64,000 nucleotides of DNA from a virus: positions 96,001 to 160,000 of the IMG/VR virus record IMGVR_UViG_3300048837_000984; one strand, given 5' to 3'. Positions within the stretch are counted from its first letter, which is position 1, and each line of letters starts with the position of its first letter. Below the pieces are notes generated by a model that saw nothing but the letters and a program-made list of their open reading frames with translations, had not been told where the DNA came from and did not search any database. This document shows positions 6,590-15,416 of the stretch, one piece after another. Position numbers and translations under genes: made by a program.

Positions 6590-8078
6590 TCACCTCAAAC
6601 AAATCAGAGCACCACAGGAACGACTCAAAACCGCCACAGCAGAAAGATAGGGGTCCGGCATTAGCACAGACCCAGCCATAGAGAAACGACCTCGACCGCT
6701 ACTAGCCCACGCCAGCCAGAACCAGTTTGGACTACCGGCCCCGTGCCACAGGCGTGTGCCAGATAGCCCTGCTTTCAGAACCATTCTTCACCACGCAAGT
6801 AAGCTCCACTGAGCTTGCGTAGTCTCGCCGTCGCGGAAAATGCCAGCAACGGAAAGTATGCAAACGGTGAATGAACTAGAAAGGCCCTGTCTTCTTGAGC
6901 AGGACCTAGCCAATCCCAAACTCGGTCCGACCACTTGTTTGGTCTAGACAGGCTAGCTATATAACGCCGGTTCGCGGTCGCCCGGAAATTGTCGCGAAGG
7001 AAAGCACTCAATAATGGTTCCTCCTTTGCAGTAAGTTAGCTGTGTATTTATGGCGAAGTGTTGCAGCCGGTTCGTCCCAGCCTTCACCGCATAGAAACTG
7101 ACCGGCAAGTGGTAACTCGAGTCCGCCAAAAAGCCAGGCACGCCAAAAGTAGAGAAAGACGCCGGCACGCGGCAGCTCGGCGCCACTATTTCCTGCACAC
7201 ATAATCATCGTACGTATCCCAGCCTTGCACGGTGTTTTCCCCGTAAATTGGCAGTACAACCCCAGGGTGTAGCGGGTAATCGATAGGGATGATCGCGGTT
7301 GGGGTAACAGCCTAACAAGGCCCTGCAGCCCGACGGAAAACCGGTGGCATGGTAAACCGGCCAAAAGATGCGACCGATCACTGCAAACGGAAACTGACCC
7401 GCCATGTAGGCGCGCCCGTCGTAGTTGAGCAGGGCACTCATACGGGCCACCTCCAGACTTTTTGATACAAACGTGCGGTGAACCTGCCGCGCAGCATAGC
7501 ACTAGGTTCTCTGTCCTCGCCGTACCACAGAAAAGGGCCAGCAATGGGTATAAGACCGTCATGCACAAGCCATGTCCGCCATGGACAGAAAGATGCCAGC
7601 CGGTGCTTCATAGAGGCGCCGGTTGTGTTTCCCGAGGATAAACGCATAGTTCCCTCTAGATGCTGGCTACGCACCAACCGTCGAGTTTTGCCGCGTGTCC
7701 AACTGTCGGGATCCGGCGAGTTTCAAAATAAACCAGACAGGCGTGACTACCAGACGTGATGTCAGAAAAAAAGAATATCCGCAACGAAATCCGACCCAGG
7801 GTGGCTCGAGGGAACGAACCACTCAGGGTCGCCGCTTCGGACAACCCAAGGTAAGCTTTCACGGGGCCTCCTCACACGAGCTGCTCTAGCCGCGCTCGGC
7901 AATGCAAATACATGAAGCCGAGCCTACGCGGTCCCGCAAACGCTCTACCGTAGGACTTGTCCCAAACCAGAGACGCGGATTGTGTGTAGTAACGCGGGTA
8001 CATGACCGCAAAGGTGAGGTCATGTAGGTTGGCACCGCAAAAGGCATGAAACTCCCCTTGCCATAGCCAGGTGCTCAA
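6590..8078 (-). CDS. Chain of seven coupled small ORFs (64-78 aa): 7872..8078, 7656..7862, 7438..7647, 7205..7441, 7008..7208, 6775..7011, 6590..6784
   Basis: Junctions are TTGA or ATGA start/stop overlaps, a 10-nt overlap, or short gaps with GGAGG/AGGGA SD. Products are W/Y/F/R/G-rich with no recognisable family. Confidence 0.5.
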
Positions 8079-8857
8079 CTTTCAACTCCGTCCGGTTGGT
8101 TGACGCCGACCCCTGGATCGTAGGAAAACACCGACGTCCGGATGCTCCCGATGATCTGATACTTCTGGTCTGACGACATGTCTGGCCACTCGTCCGAGAA
8201 GAAGTCGAACAAGAGGTCTGTGTATTCTTCCTGCCAGCTCGAGACAAAAGCTTGGGCAGCTTCCTTGTTGGCCTTCTCGGCCTTATCGCAGCAGTGCGAG
8301 CTGCGCCCGATGTAGCCGTGGTAGACACGAACCGTACCGTTCGATACCAGCTCGACCACCATGCCGCCCAGAATCCATGAAACCCAGTCGTCACTGCGGT
8401 TTGGATTGTTGTTCCAGGCCTCATCCGCATTGACGCCATGAAATTTGCCGCCTTCGAGGACGATGGGCTTGCCGCAGAAGTCGCAGAGAAGAGGGCCACC
8501 GTGACAACCCATGGTTGCTAGAGGCTTGACAGGGGTCTGGCCCCTTCGGGATGTAGCAGAGACCACATCGTTGGCATACTTGCGGTAAGGGGCCATCATC
8601 TTTTCGTAGCACAAGTAGGCCGCGTAGATGTTACGGGCCAGTGAATGATCCTTCTTAAGTGGCTCGAACGTGACCTCGACCGTTGGTGGTGTCTCTGGCT
8701 TCGGATCGACTTCGCGAAGACGGGCATCGACCGGCTGTAGCCCGAGCTGTGCGCGGAGCTGGTTAATGATGGCAAGGTCTTCCTTTTGTGCATTCAGTGG
8801 CTGCGTCGGGTACTCCGACACCAGGAAGTCGAGCCGGTCTTGGATCTCTTTGGACAT
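8075..8857 (-). CDS. Hypothetical protein with Cys/His clusters
   Basis: CDFCGKP, HCCD motifs; 260 aa. Confidence 0.75.
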   Translation of the reverse strand: MSKEIQDRLDFLVSEYPTQPLNAQKEDLAIINQLRAQLGLQPVDARLREVDPKPETPPTVEVTFEPLKKDHSLARNIYAAYLCYEKMMAPYRKYANDVVSATSRRGQTPVKPLATMGCHGGPLLCDFCGKPIVLEGGKFHGVNADEAWNNNPNRSDDWVSWILGGMVVELVSNGTVRVYHGYIGRSSHCCDKAEKANKEAAQAFVSSWQEEYTDLLFDFFSDEWPDMSSDQKYQIIGSIRTSVFSYDPGVGVNQPDGVES

Positions 8858-8881
8858 GTCTCTTTCTCCAGAAAGGAAAAG

Positions 8882-9070
8882 TTAGTTACCGAGTCGTGCG
8901 TCCGACCTGGCTCGCGATTTCGCGACACAGAAGAGCTTGATAACGGGATCGACGGCGATCTTGGCACCCGACCCGTTGCGCTGTTGCTTGAGCGCTTTTT
9001 TAAGTGCTGTCTCACCCAGTCGAGCCAGGCTGTTGGCATTCGAGCCGTGAACGGGAACGATCGTCACCAT
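8882..9070 (-). CDS. Small basic hypothetical protein
   Basis: AAGGAG SD; 62 aa. Confidence 0.6.
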   Translation of the reverse strand: MVTIVPVHGSNANSLARLGETALKKALKQQRNGSGAKIAVDPVIKLFCVAKSRARSDARLGN

Positions 9071-9095
9071 CTTCTTCTCCTTTGCATGGTACTTC

Positions 9096-9326
9096 TCAGT
9101 CCTCGTATTGACAGAGTTTAGCTGCTGAGAAGTAGTTCAGAATCGTAAGAAAGTTGTCTTCGTAATCAGCGCCAGGGAACAGAATCGGATTGTTCCACAT
9201 GTGTCCCCACACTCTAGCGCCAGAGTGACGACGCAGACTGGCACTCCGGCCGATTCGGCGACCAATGTTGAGTATCGTACCCAGGTACTGGATTCCGTCT
9301 CCCTGACAGAGCTTAGCTTTGTACAC
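9096..9326 (-). CDS. Small hypothetical protein
   Basis: AGGAG SD before GTG; 76 aa. Confidence 0.55.
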   Translation of the reverse strand: MYKAKLCQGDGIQYLGTILNIGRRIGRSASLRRHSGARVWGHMWNNPILFPGADYEDNFLTILNYFSAAKLCQYED

Positions 9327-9482
9327 GTGACTCCTATCCGGGCCAAAGAGTCGCTCGGTAGCGTCCGCCGAGTTCGGCCGCGTTATTCAGGTGATAGGCA
9401 CCGAACCGCCACCAAGGTGTGAACATAGCTGGCCGGTTTAGGAAAGACGGAGCGCAGTAAGCAAAATCGTAATAGGGAATTA

Positions 9483-9704
9483 TCAACAGAACTCGTCCTC
9501 CTTGTATGCTTCTCTGTCAACGGTCAAGAGCGCCTCTTCAAGGACGCTCGTCGGATAAGATTCAATTGGGGGAAGCCAGCGATTGCCTACCTTGAGCAGG
9601 TAGACGTTGCCGAAACCGTGGACGTGAACGATGACTCTGGTCGCCCTCCAGTTCGACTCCCTGGAGGCGCCACTGAAAAGGACGACATAATTTTTAAGTG
9701 CCAC
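9483..9704 (-). CDS. Small hypothetical protein
   Basis: 73 aa; start uncertain and overlapped by the ACTTAAAAATT motif. Confidence 0.5.
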   Translation of the reverse strand: MALKNYVVLFSGASRESNWRATRVIVHVHGFGNVYLLKVGNRWLPPIESYPTSVLEEALLTVDREAYKEDEFC

Positions 9705-9777
9705 GCCTGATACCTAAGAGGAACAGTAAAGCCTAAGCTCCTGCATAGGATATTGACGCATTCCGGGCACTTTTTCA

Positions 9778-10563
9778 TTACACGACTTCGGACCCCAGTA
9801 CACGCAGGTTACGTACACTGAACTCGCCAGAGCTATGCAGGTCGACCATGGCGAACCCGCGGAACCAGTTATTGATGGGCAGCCAGAATGGATTCAGACC
9901 GCAAGCGCAGCCGATGCTCCAGGCCGATTGAAGCTTTCCGGAGACAGTCGGCGCATTGTACTCGTCGGGTCTGTGAAAGTGGCTGGTGATGATTGACTGG
10001 CGAGCGCGCATGAACACGGTTCTAGCTGGACTGACCGGATCGCTGGCGCCAGAACGAAACTCGTGTCCGTGAACGACAGCTAACTTGCCCAGGTGAATGA
10101 CTCTGCGATCCCCCACGTAGTCGATATCGTTCTTCTCGAACTCGAACAGCTGGGGAAGTGAAATAGCATCCAGACCGAAAAGGGCTGGCGCTCGTCTGAT
10201 GATGTAACGATCGAGGCGTTCTTCGTGGTTGCCTTTGCGATAGATGATTCTGGATTTGGGGAACTGCTGGCGGAGATAGGTCAGGAATTCGATGGCTGAT
10301 TTGCGTTCTTCTCTATAGCGTGGAGCGCCGGGGTCCTGGTCGAAGTCTGACATTTCATGTGCATCGACTATATCTCCGTTCAGTATGATTCCAGTAGCCC
10401 TGTCTTTCTTGGCCCTCTTCACGGCCAGCTCGATTGTCTTGACATCGTGGTACCGGATGTGCGTGTCGCCCAGGATCAGATAGTGTCCGGGCTCTTCGAT
10501 GTGGACCTGTTCGTGGCTGGTGTAGACAGAGGAAGGAATCTCGGCTTTGGTCTTGCGTGACAC
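9778..10563 (-). CDS. Calcineurin-like metallophosphoesterase
   Basis: LGDTHIRY, LNGDIVD, KGNHEER, VHGH, SHFHR motifs. Confidence 0.92.
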   Translation of the reverse strand: MSRKTKAEIPSSVYTSHEQVHIEEPGHYLILGDTHIRYHDVKTIELAVKRAKKDRATGIILNGDIVDAHEMSDFDQDPGAPRYREERKSAIEFLTYLRQQFPKSRIIYRKGNHEERLDRYIIRRAPALFGLDAISLPQLFEFEKNDIDYVGDRRVIHLGKLAVVHGHEFRSGASDPVSPARTVFMRARQSIITSHFHRPDEYNAPTVSGKLQSAWSIGCACGLNPFWLPINNWFRGFAMVDLHSSGEFSVRNLRVLGSEVV

Positions 10564-10674
10564 GTCGGGCCTCCATGCGTTCTGTCTGTGGTTGCACTCT
10601 CCGTTCCCTGAGATAGAGCCATTCTAAACAATGGCCTGTCAAGGTTGTAGCAGTTCGGGTTCTGATAGATAAAA

Positions 10675-10706
10675 ACAAGAAAGAGAAGACCACCCCGAAG
10701 GGCGGT
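10675..10706 (-). terminator. Intrinsic terminator
   Basis: ACCGCCC-TTCG-GGGTGGT followed by CTTTCTCTTTCTTGTTTTT on the minus strand. Confidence 0.65.
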
Positions 10707-10712
10707 CAAATT

Positions 10713-10991
10713 TCAGTCTCTACCAGCGATAGCAACTAGGGACTGAAATTCTTTGTGGCTGATCGGAAAGATCGCCACAAAGGCCGCTATCTGCAGCTCC
10801 AGCCGCTCTGGAATCGAGCGGGCTGGGCTGGACGTTTTCCCGTCCAGGAGGTCGCGCACGCTGCGCTCCCCGCTGACCTGCAACGAACCCTCCGGCAATA
10901 CGCAGGAGTGAGGAGTCGTCTGTATAACGACTCCAACGTAGCACCGGTCGTCTCGGCCCACGAAGATGTAAGCCTGCCCTGTCGCGGTCAT
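10713..10991 (-). CDS. Hypothetical protein
   Basis: Strong AGGAGGAGG SD before ATG 10991. Confidence 0.6.
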   Translation of the reverse strand: MTATGQAYIFVGRDDRCYVGVVIQTTPHSCVLPEGSLQVSGERSVRDLLDGKTSSPARSIPERLELQIAAFVAIFPISHKEFQSLVAIAGRD

Positions 10992-11104
10992 TCTGTCCTC
11001 CTCCTTCACTACGCACCCGCCACGGTGGCGGGTGCTAGACTGTGGTCTGGAAATTCCCCGCATGCCCTACGACGGGCTACGCCTGAAGCGTGCGGGGATT
11101 AACA

Positions 11105-11389
11105 TCAATAATCCCGGTTCCCGCGACGGGGGATACCGGGGGCGTCCTCGTCCTCGACCTCGTCCCAGTCCTCTTCTGGGTCCGGGATCGCATGTTGATT
11201 GCACAGGAACGTGCGACCGTCTGCGGTCGCAACCGTGCGACCGTTATACTCGCCGAGGCGAGTACTATTTTCACAGCCGCACAGGGCTGTGAGAATAACG
11301 CGACCGTTTTCCTCACGCCGGACGCAGCCGTCGAACTGGTTGCGGTCGCGGGCAGCCAGAGCATTCTCGCAAATCAGGGTTCGGGGCAT
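11105..11389 (-). CDS. Hypothetical protein with acidic tail
   Basis: AAGGAGG SD before MPRTL. Confidence 0.6.
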   Translation of the reverse strand: MPRTLICENALAARDRNQFDGCVRREENGRVILTALCGCENSTRLGEYNGRTVATADGRTFLCNQHAIPDPEEDWDEVEDEDAPGIPRRGNRDY

Positions 11390-11456
11390 GTTGCCCCTCC
11401 TTTCATTAGAGAAACCCAGACGAGCGCAACGCACGCAAGTCCGGGTTCCTGGTTAT

Positions 11457-11528
11457 TGGGAACGGCGGGAGTTGAACCCACTTCCAAGGGTTTATGAGAC
11501 CCCTGCTCTACCGTTGAGCTTCGTTCCC
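11457..11528 (-). tRNA. tRNA with CAT anticodon (elongator Met or lysidine-Ile2); CCA not encoded
   Basis: Acceptor GGGAACG/CGTTCCC-A; D arm GCTC-AACGGTA-GAGC; anticodon arm GGGGT-CTCATAA-ACCCT; T arm GTGGG-TTCAACT-CCCGC. Confidence 0.9.
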
Positions 11529-11536
11529 GGGTACTT

Positions 11537-11975
11537 CTACGCGTTGGGGGCAGCCAGCGCGTGTCCACGCCAGAACGCGATCGAGGCGTCGCGTTCTTCC
11601 TGACGCAACGTCGGGTCGTCAATCTCGCGGGGGCTGACCGGACCCCCGAAGACCGTGTAAAGGACACAGGGCTGGCCCTGGTGAGGGCCAGCAATGACAG
11701 TAACCGTCCGAGTCGGACGGCTCGGCCGGTTGGTCAGCCGACTTGGGTAAGCTCGACCTGGCCGAGCCCGCCACTCCACCTCGTCTTCAGTCAGAGGTGG
11801 GTCGCCCATCGTCGGGCCGTACAACCCGCACTCAACCTCCGGCAGATCCGCCGGGAGGTCGAAGGTTTCGATAAAGAACTCTGTGCGGTGGGCGAAACGC
11901 GACAAAACGAACTGGACGACCTGTGGCGAAACGTGATCGGTGTGGCTATCTGTGGTGACAATCATCACCACTCCT
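11537..11975 (-). CDS. Hypothetical protein
   Basis: GGAGAGGAG SD; YGPxxGD and LYTVFGGP motifs; approximate start. Confidence 0.7.
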
Positions 11976-11993
11976 CTCCCCCCTTCAAGGGGT

Positions 11994-12038
11994 AAAAAAG
12001 AAGTCATCACAAGCCGGTTTTCGGCCGGCTTGTGATGA
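11994..12038 (-). terminator. Intrinsic terminator after the putative virion-protein cluster
   Basis: 14-bp stem TCATCACAAGCCGG/CCGGCTTGTGATGA followed by CTTCTTTTTT. Confidence 0.75.
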
Positions 12039-12053
12039 TTACAGGGTTACCAC

Positions 12054-12086
12054 ATTATCTTGACGCAGAAAAGGCTGTTTTTTAGC
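12054..12086 (-). promoter_or_regulatory. Conserved intergenic motif CTAAAA..TTTTC(T)GYGTCAA followed by a -10-like hexamer
   Basis: Copies: 12054-12086 (GTCAA-GATAAT), 22782-22812 (GTCAA-TATAGT), 29492-29523 (GTCAA-TTTAAT); partial at 9747-9760 (GCGTCAA-TATCCT). Confidence 0.55.
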
Positions 12087-12862
12087 TATCGGGCTATGGG
12101 TCTTTCCATACGAATCTTGTGTGCCAGTTCCTGGACCTTAGCAAGCTCCGGATAATACAACTTAGCCTGAACCATGTTAAGTGGACCGCCCCAAGCATTC
12201 TCTATCCCGTTGTAGATCTCCTGTAGGGCGGAGGCGTCAAGCTTCGGAAATAGCTGTTGCGCCATCGACAGCGCTTTACCTTGCTGGCCCAACAGTGCTT
12301 GCATGGCCTCTGTGTTTGGCTTGCCGTTTGGCATGACAAACTGCTTGCCCTCAGGTGTCGCTGCAAACTGCGCAATTGACAACAAGTTACCCGGCGCAGC
12401 TGGGTTGGCTGGCGGTTTCCGGTCCCAGTGTCCCAGGCTGGTCCGGGTCGGAACGTGCTGTGCTCCGGGTATGTTGAGAATAGATTCATCCAGTTCACCC
12501 ATCGCCGGTGGGGGCGGCGTCTGTGGCGCTTGTGGTTGCTTATTGACACCCATCCCAACAATCTTGCCCAGGTTGGGTAAGAGGTTGGAGAAGTTACCGC
12601 CAGAGAGTCCGTAACCGGCCGCACCTAGACCGGCCAGGCCGATGGCTGGGCTAAGCCAGTCAGGACCGGCATCGTCATCGCCGCCACCCATGAGTGAGTT
12701 GTACAGGCCGTAACCGGCAGCACCCAGTCCACCTACAGTAGCAATGCGCTGGGGCGTATCCATCTTGTTCCAGACCTCGCTTATCCCAGCTGGGATGTCC
12801 GCCAGGTCGGCCTGCTTGGTGATGTAGCCCAGGAGTTTCGCAAACTGGCTTTGCTGGTTCAC
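12086..12862 (-). CDS. Putative internal virion/ejection protein with glycine-zipper hydrophobic segments
   Basis: IATVGGLGAAGYGLY and IGLAGLGAAGYGL repeats; N-terminal TKQA; Q/P-rich. Confidence 0.55.
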   Translation of the reverse strand: MNQQSQFAKLLGYITKQADLADIPAGISEVWNKMDTPQRIATVGGLGAAGYGLYNSLMGGGDDDAGPDWLSPAIGLAGLGAAGYGLSGGNFSNLLPNLGKIVGMGVNKQPQAPQTPPPPAMGELDESILNIPGAQHVPTRTSLGHWDRKPPANPAAPGNLLSIAQFAATPEGKQFVMPNGKPNTEAMQALLGQQGKALSMAQQLFPKLDASALQEIYNGIENAWGGPLNMVQAKLYYPELAKVQELAHKIRMERPIAR

Positions 12863-12871
12863 GGGATCTCC

Positions 12872-13780
12872 TTATCCGCCAAAGTCGTCGTCTGCCATGG
12901 CTCGTATAGCCAATCGAGCCAGTAAGCGCATCGGAACCATGGACTTCGCGCCAACGCCGATCCCGGTGTGCGCGTACGTTGGTAGTGCATTCATGACGTC
13001 AAAGCGTCTCGGTCTCTCTTCACCTGCGCGGGTAGCCGTGACCTTGACGTCCTCGTTGCTGATGTGCCGAAGGAGTGCAGTAAGGCCTGCACCCAACCCC
13101 GCTCCACCCGCTGTAATCCCCGCAGCCGCGGCCGGATGCATATCTGTCGCAAAACTGAGCGATCCGAGACCACCACCAGCCAAGGCACCCAAGATGGCCT
13201 GACGACCCGGATCAGCCATCATGCCCTCAACCGGAGTGTTCATGTGCTGGATGATGTCCGGGATCCAGCGCTTCTCGCCCTTGCTGATCTGCTTCTTGAG
13301 GTCCTCGCTAGGTTCTTCGTGGACTTCATTTTTAAGTCCAAGTAGCTTCGCCACGCCGTCGCCGCTGTGGCTGGACGCAAACTTCACGGAGTCAGCGTAC
13401 ATTGCCAAGTTGTTGAGGATGTCGTACTTCTTCGGGTTCTTGGCCCCCGACCGAATAGCCGCCGCGGTGTTGTCCTGGTTCTTGATATACCGAAGTAGCG
13501 CAGCCATGCCTGCACCAAGGCCAGCCCCACCCAGTCCACCAACAGCAGCGCCAATGCCTGTGGCGTTGTTCTTGGAGCCGATCATACCACCTACACCAGC
13601 ACCAGCACCGCCGCCGACCAGGGCACCAAGCAAGGCCTGGCGAAGGGGACTCGCTAGCGTATTCTCGGCTGGTGTGTTCAAGCTCTGAATGATATCTGGG
13701 ATCCAGCGCTCCTGACCCTTTTCCAGGCGATCGAGGAGTTCTGGATCGACATCAGCGTAATCAGGGTCTGTTCGGTCCAC
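12872..13780 (-). CDS. Putative virion protein with two tandem glycine-zipper domains
   Basis: KGQERWIPDIIQSLNTP..RQALLGALVGGGAG and KGEKRWIPDIIQHMNTP..RQAILGALAGGGLG. Start placed at GTG after an AGGAG SD. Confidence 0.6.
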   Translation of the reverse strand: MDRTDPDYADVDPELLDRLEKGQERWIPDIIQSLNTPAENTLASPLRQALLGALVGGGAGAGVGGMIGSKNNATGIGAAVGGLGGAGLGAGMAALLRYIKNQDNTAAAIRSGAKNPKKYDILNNLAMYADSVKFASSHSGDGVAKLLGLKNEVHEEPSEDLKKQISKGEKRWIPDIIQHMNTPVEGMMADPGRQAILGALAGGGLGSLSFATDMHPAAAAGITAGGAGLGAGLTALLRHISNEDVKVTATRAGEERPRRFDVMNALPTYAHTGIGVGAKSMVPMRLLARLAIRAMADDDFGG

Positions 13781-15416
13781 GGCTGTCTCCTGCGGTTGGG
13801 AACTCCAGTACGTGACCAGCCCCGGGTGAGAGCTGGTTGGCAAGGTTTCTGGTTAACTTCATGCCGTCCATGCCCGGAAGGCTGCCGAACTGTTTGAGAC
13901 CGCTCAAAACAGCACCAGCCTGCCCCTGGCCGGTCAGAGCATTCTGAATGAACGGGTTTCCGTACAGGTTGCTAAGGGCCTGCTGTTGAACGTCGCCAAG
14001 ACCGTACTTTCGGGCAAACGCTTCCACAGCCTTGGGATTGTTTTGGCTCGCTACATCAGCTAGCTCAGCCGACTGGATGATGTTCTGGTTCTCTGCTTCC
14101 TGTGCAGCCTGCATTCGAGCTTGCTGGGCTCTGTCTGATACGATACCAAGACCGATAAAGCCCGCTGCCGGTATCACCGAAGGCGCCATCACATCTGCCA
14201 TGTACTTGCCCCAGGTTCTATCCGGAGGCGCTTTTGGCGTTGCTGACCTAAAACCGGCCCACGGGTCTGTAGGCCCTGGTTTCGGCCCAGCCTTGCCCCA
14301 ACGGAAAAGATTGGCCAGCCAGCCGCCCGCTCTGGCCAACCACGGCCACATAGCGTTCTTCTCCAGATTCGGAAGGAGGTTGGTCTTAGCCGGCACCGGT
14401 GGCGGGTTTGTAGGTAGCATCGACGATCGCATTCTCTGGACCGGCCCCTTGGCCCTCAGCCCAGGAAGGATCCCAGCTCTACCAAACTCCATGGCTCCAG
14501 GAGAACCCTTGGCCAGGGTTGATGGCGTTGATCGAAACATCTTGGCGAGCAAGCCAGCCAGGCCAGGGATCCGGAACAAGGAAGCTAGGCCAGCCATGCT
14601 TTTCTTATCATAGGCCAGCTTAGGCTGCTCCAATGGCTCGGCCATCGGCTGGATGGGCGGCTGGTTCGGAGAAACGCTCTGGGCAACCGTAGCGCCTGGT
14701 TGTTCTGTAACACCGATTCCGTTGGGAGACTTCGGTGCGGGTGGTTTGGGTTGTGTACCTGGCTTCGTACCCGGTTGTGTCTGACCTTCTGGTTGCTGTT
14801 GCTTGTTGCCTGCCCACCACTGCCACAGCCACGGCAGAAGGGAAGCTACAGTCAGGGCACCGTTTATCCAGAAAGCAACCTTCTCGAACTCCTCCCGAGC
14901 CTCAGGGAGCAACGAAGCCTTTTTCACCAGAGGCGCAACCTGTTGCGGGCTCAACCCACAATCGAAGCAGCACTTCAGGAAACCAGCAACAAAGGGGTTC
15001 TGCTCCACAAAAGCCGCCAACTTGGCCTGGCTGGGTGGAGTCATCACTGGCTGGGGCTGTTGCATCTGTGGTGGCTGTTGCAACAGCTGCCCGCCGGGCT
15101 TCGGTGGATTGGGACCAGCCGGAGCCTTTAGCTGTGGTTGCTGTTGGGGCTGTTGTTGAGGCTGTTGCTGTTGTGGTTGTGGCGGTGCCTGAGCCTGCGG
15201 CATGTTCTCTGGCCGCGGCGGAGTGATCGGACCTTGCGGCGAACCGGCTATAGGGAAGGGAGATCCTGGGCCATCCGGCAAGAGGTCCTCAGGTCCACCC
15301 ACTTCAGCTGGCTGGTCTGTCGGTCGAGCCAACGGTGAAACAGCCCGGCCGGGGACAACAGGTCCCCGGCGTCCGGACTGATAGATGGCTTTCTTCAGTA
15401 GCGCTCGGTCAAGCAT
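13761..15416 (-). CDS. Putative internal head protein, P/Q-rich, multi-module
   Basis: Modules bounded by AKLA, VKKA, EKVA, PKLA and EKNA; contains FVAGFLKCCFDCGLS segment; TAATG coupling. Confidence 0.55.
   Translation of the reverse strand: MLDRALLKKAIYQSGRRGPVVPGRAVSPLARPTDQPAEVGGPEDLLPDGPGSPFPIAGSPQGPITPPRPENMPQAQAPPQPQQQQPQQQPQQQPQLKAPAGPNPPKPGGQLLQQPPQMQQPQPVMTPPSQAKLAAFVEQNPFVAGFLKCCFDCGLSPQQVAPLVKKASLLPEAREEFEKVAFWINGALTVASLLPWLWQWWAGNKQQQPEGQTQPGTKPGTQPKPPAPKSPNGIGVTEQPGATVAQSVSPNQPPIQPMAEPLEQPKLAYDKKSMAGLASLFRIPGLAGLLAKMFRSTPSTLAKGSPGAMEFGRAGILPGLRAKGPVQRMRSSMLPTNPPPVPAKTNLLPNLEKNAMWPWLARAGGWLANLFRWGKAGPKPGPTDPWAGFRSATPKAPPDRTWGKYMADVMAPSVIPAAGFIGLGIVSDRAQQARMQAAQEAENQNIIQSAELADVASQNNPKAVEAFARKYGLGDVQQQALSNLYGNPFIQNALTGQGQAGAVLSGLKQFGSLPGMDGMKLTRNLANQLSPGAGHVLEFPTAGDSRGPNRP

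Noticed and set aside
7008-7568. 186-aa ORF from the track as one gene
   Set aside because: It overlaps three coupled small ORFs in other frames; only its last 66 codons (ATG 7208) fit the chain.
10620-10650. TTGACA...TAGAAT as a canonical sigma70 promoter
   Set aside because: The spacer is only 10 nt, so it was not called.
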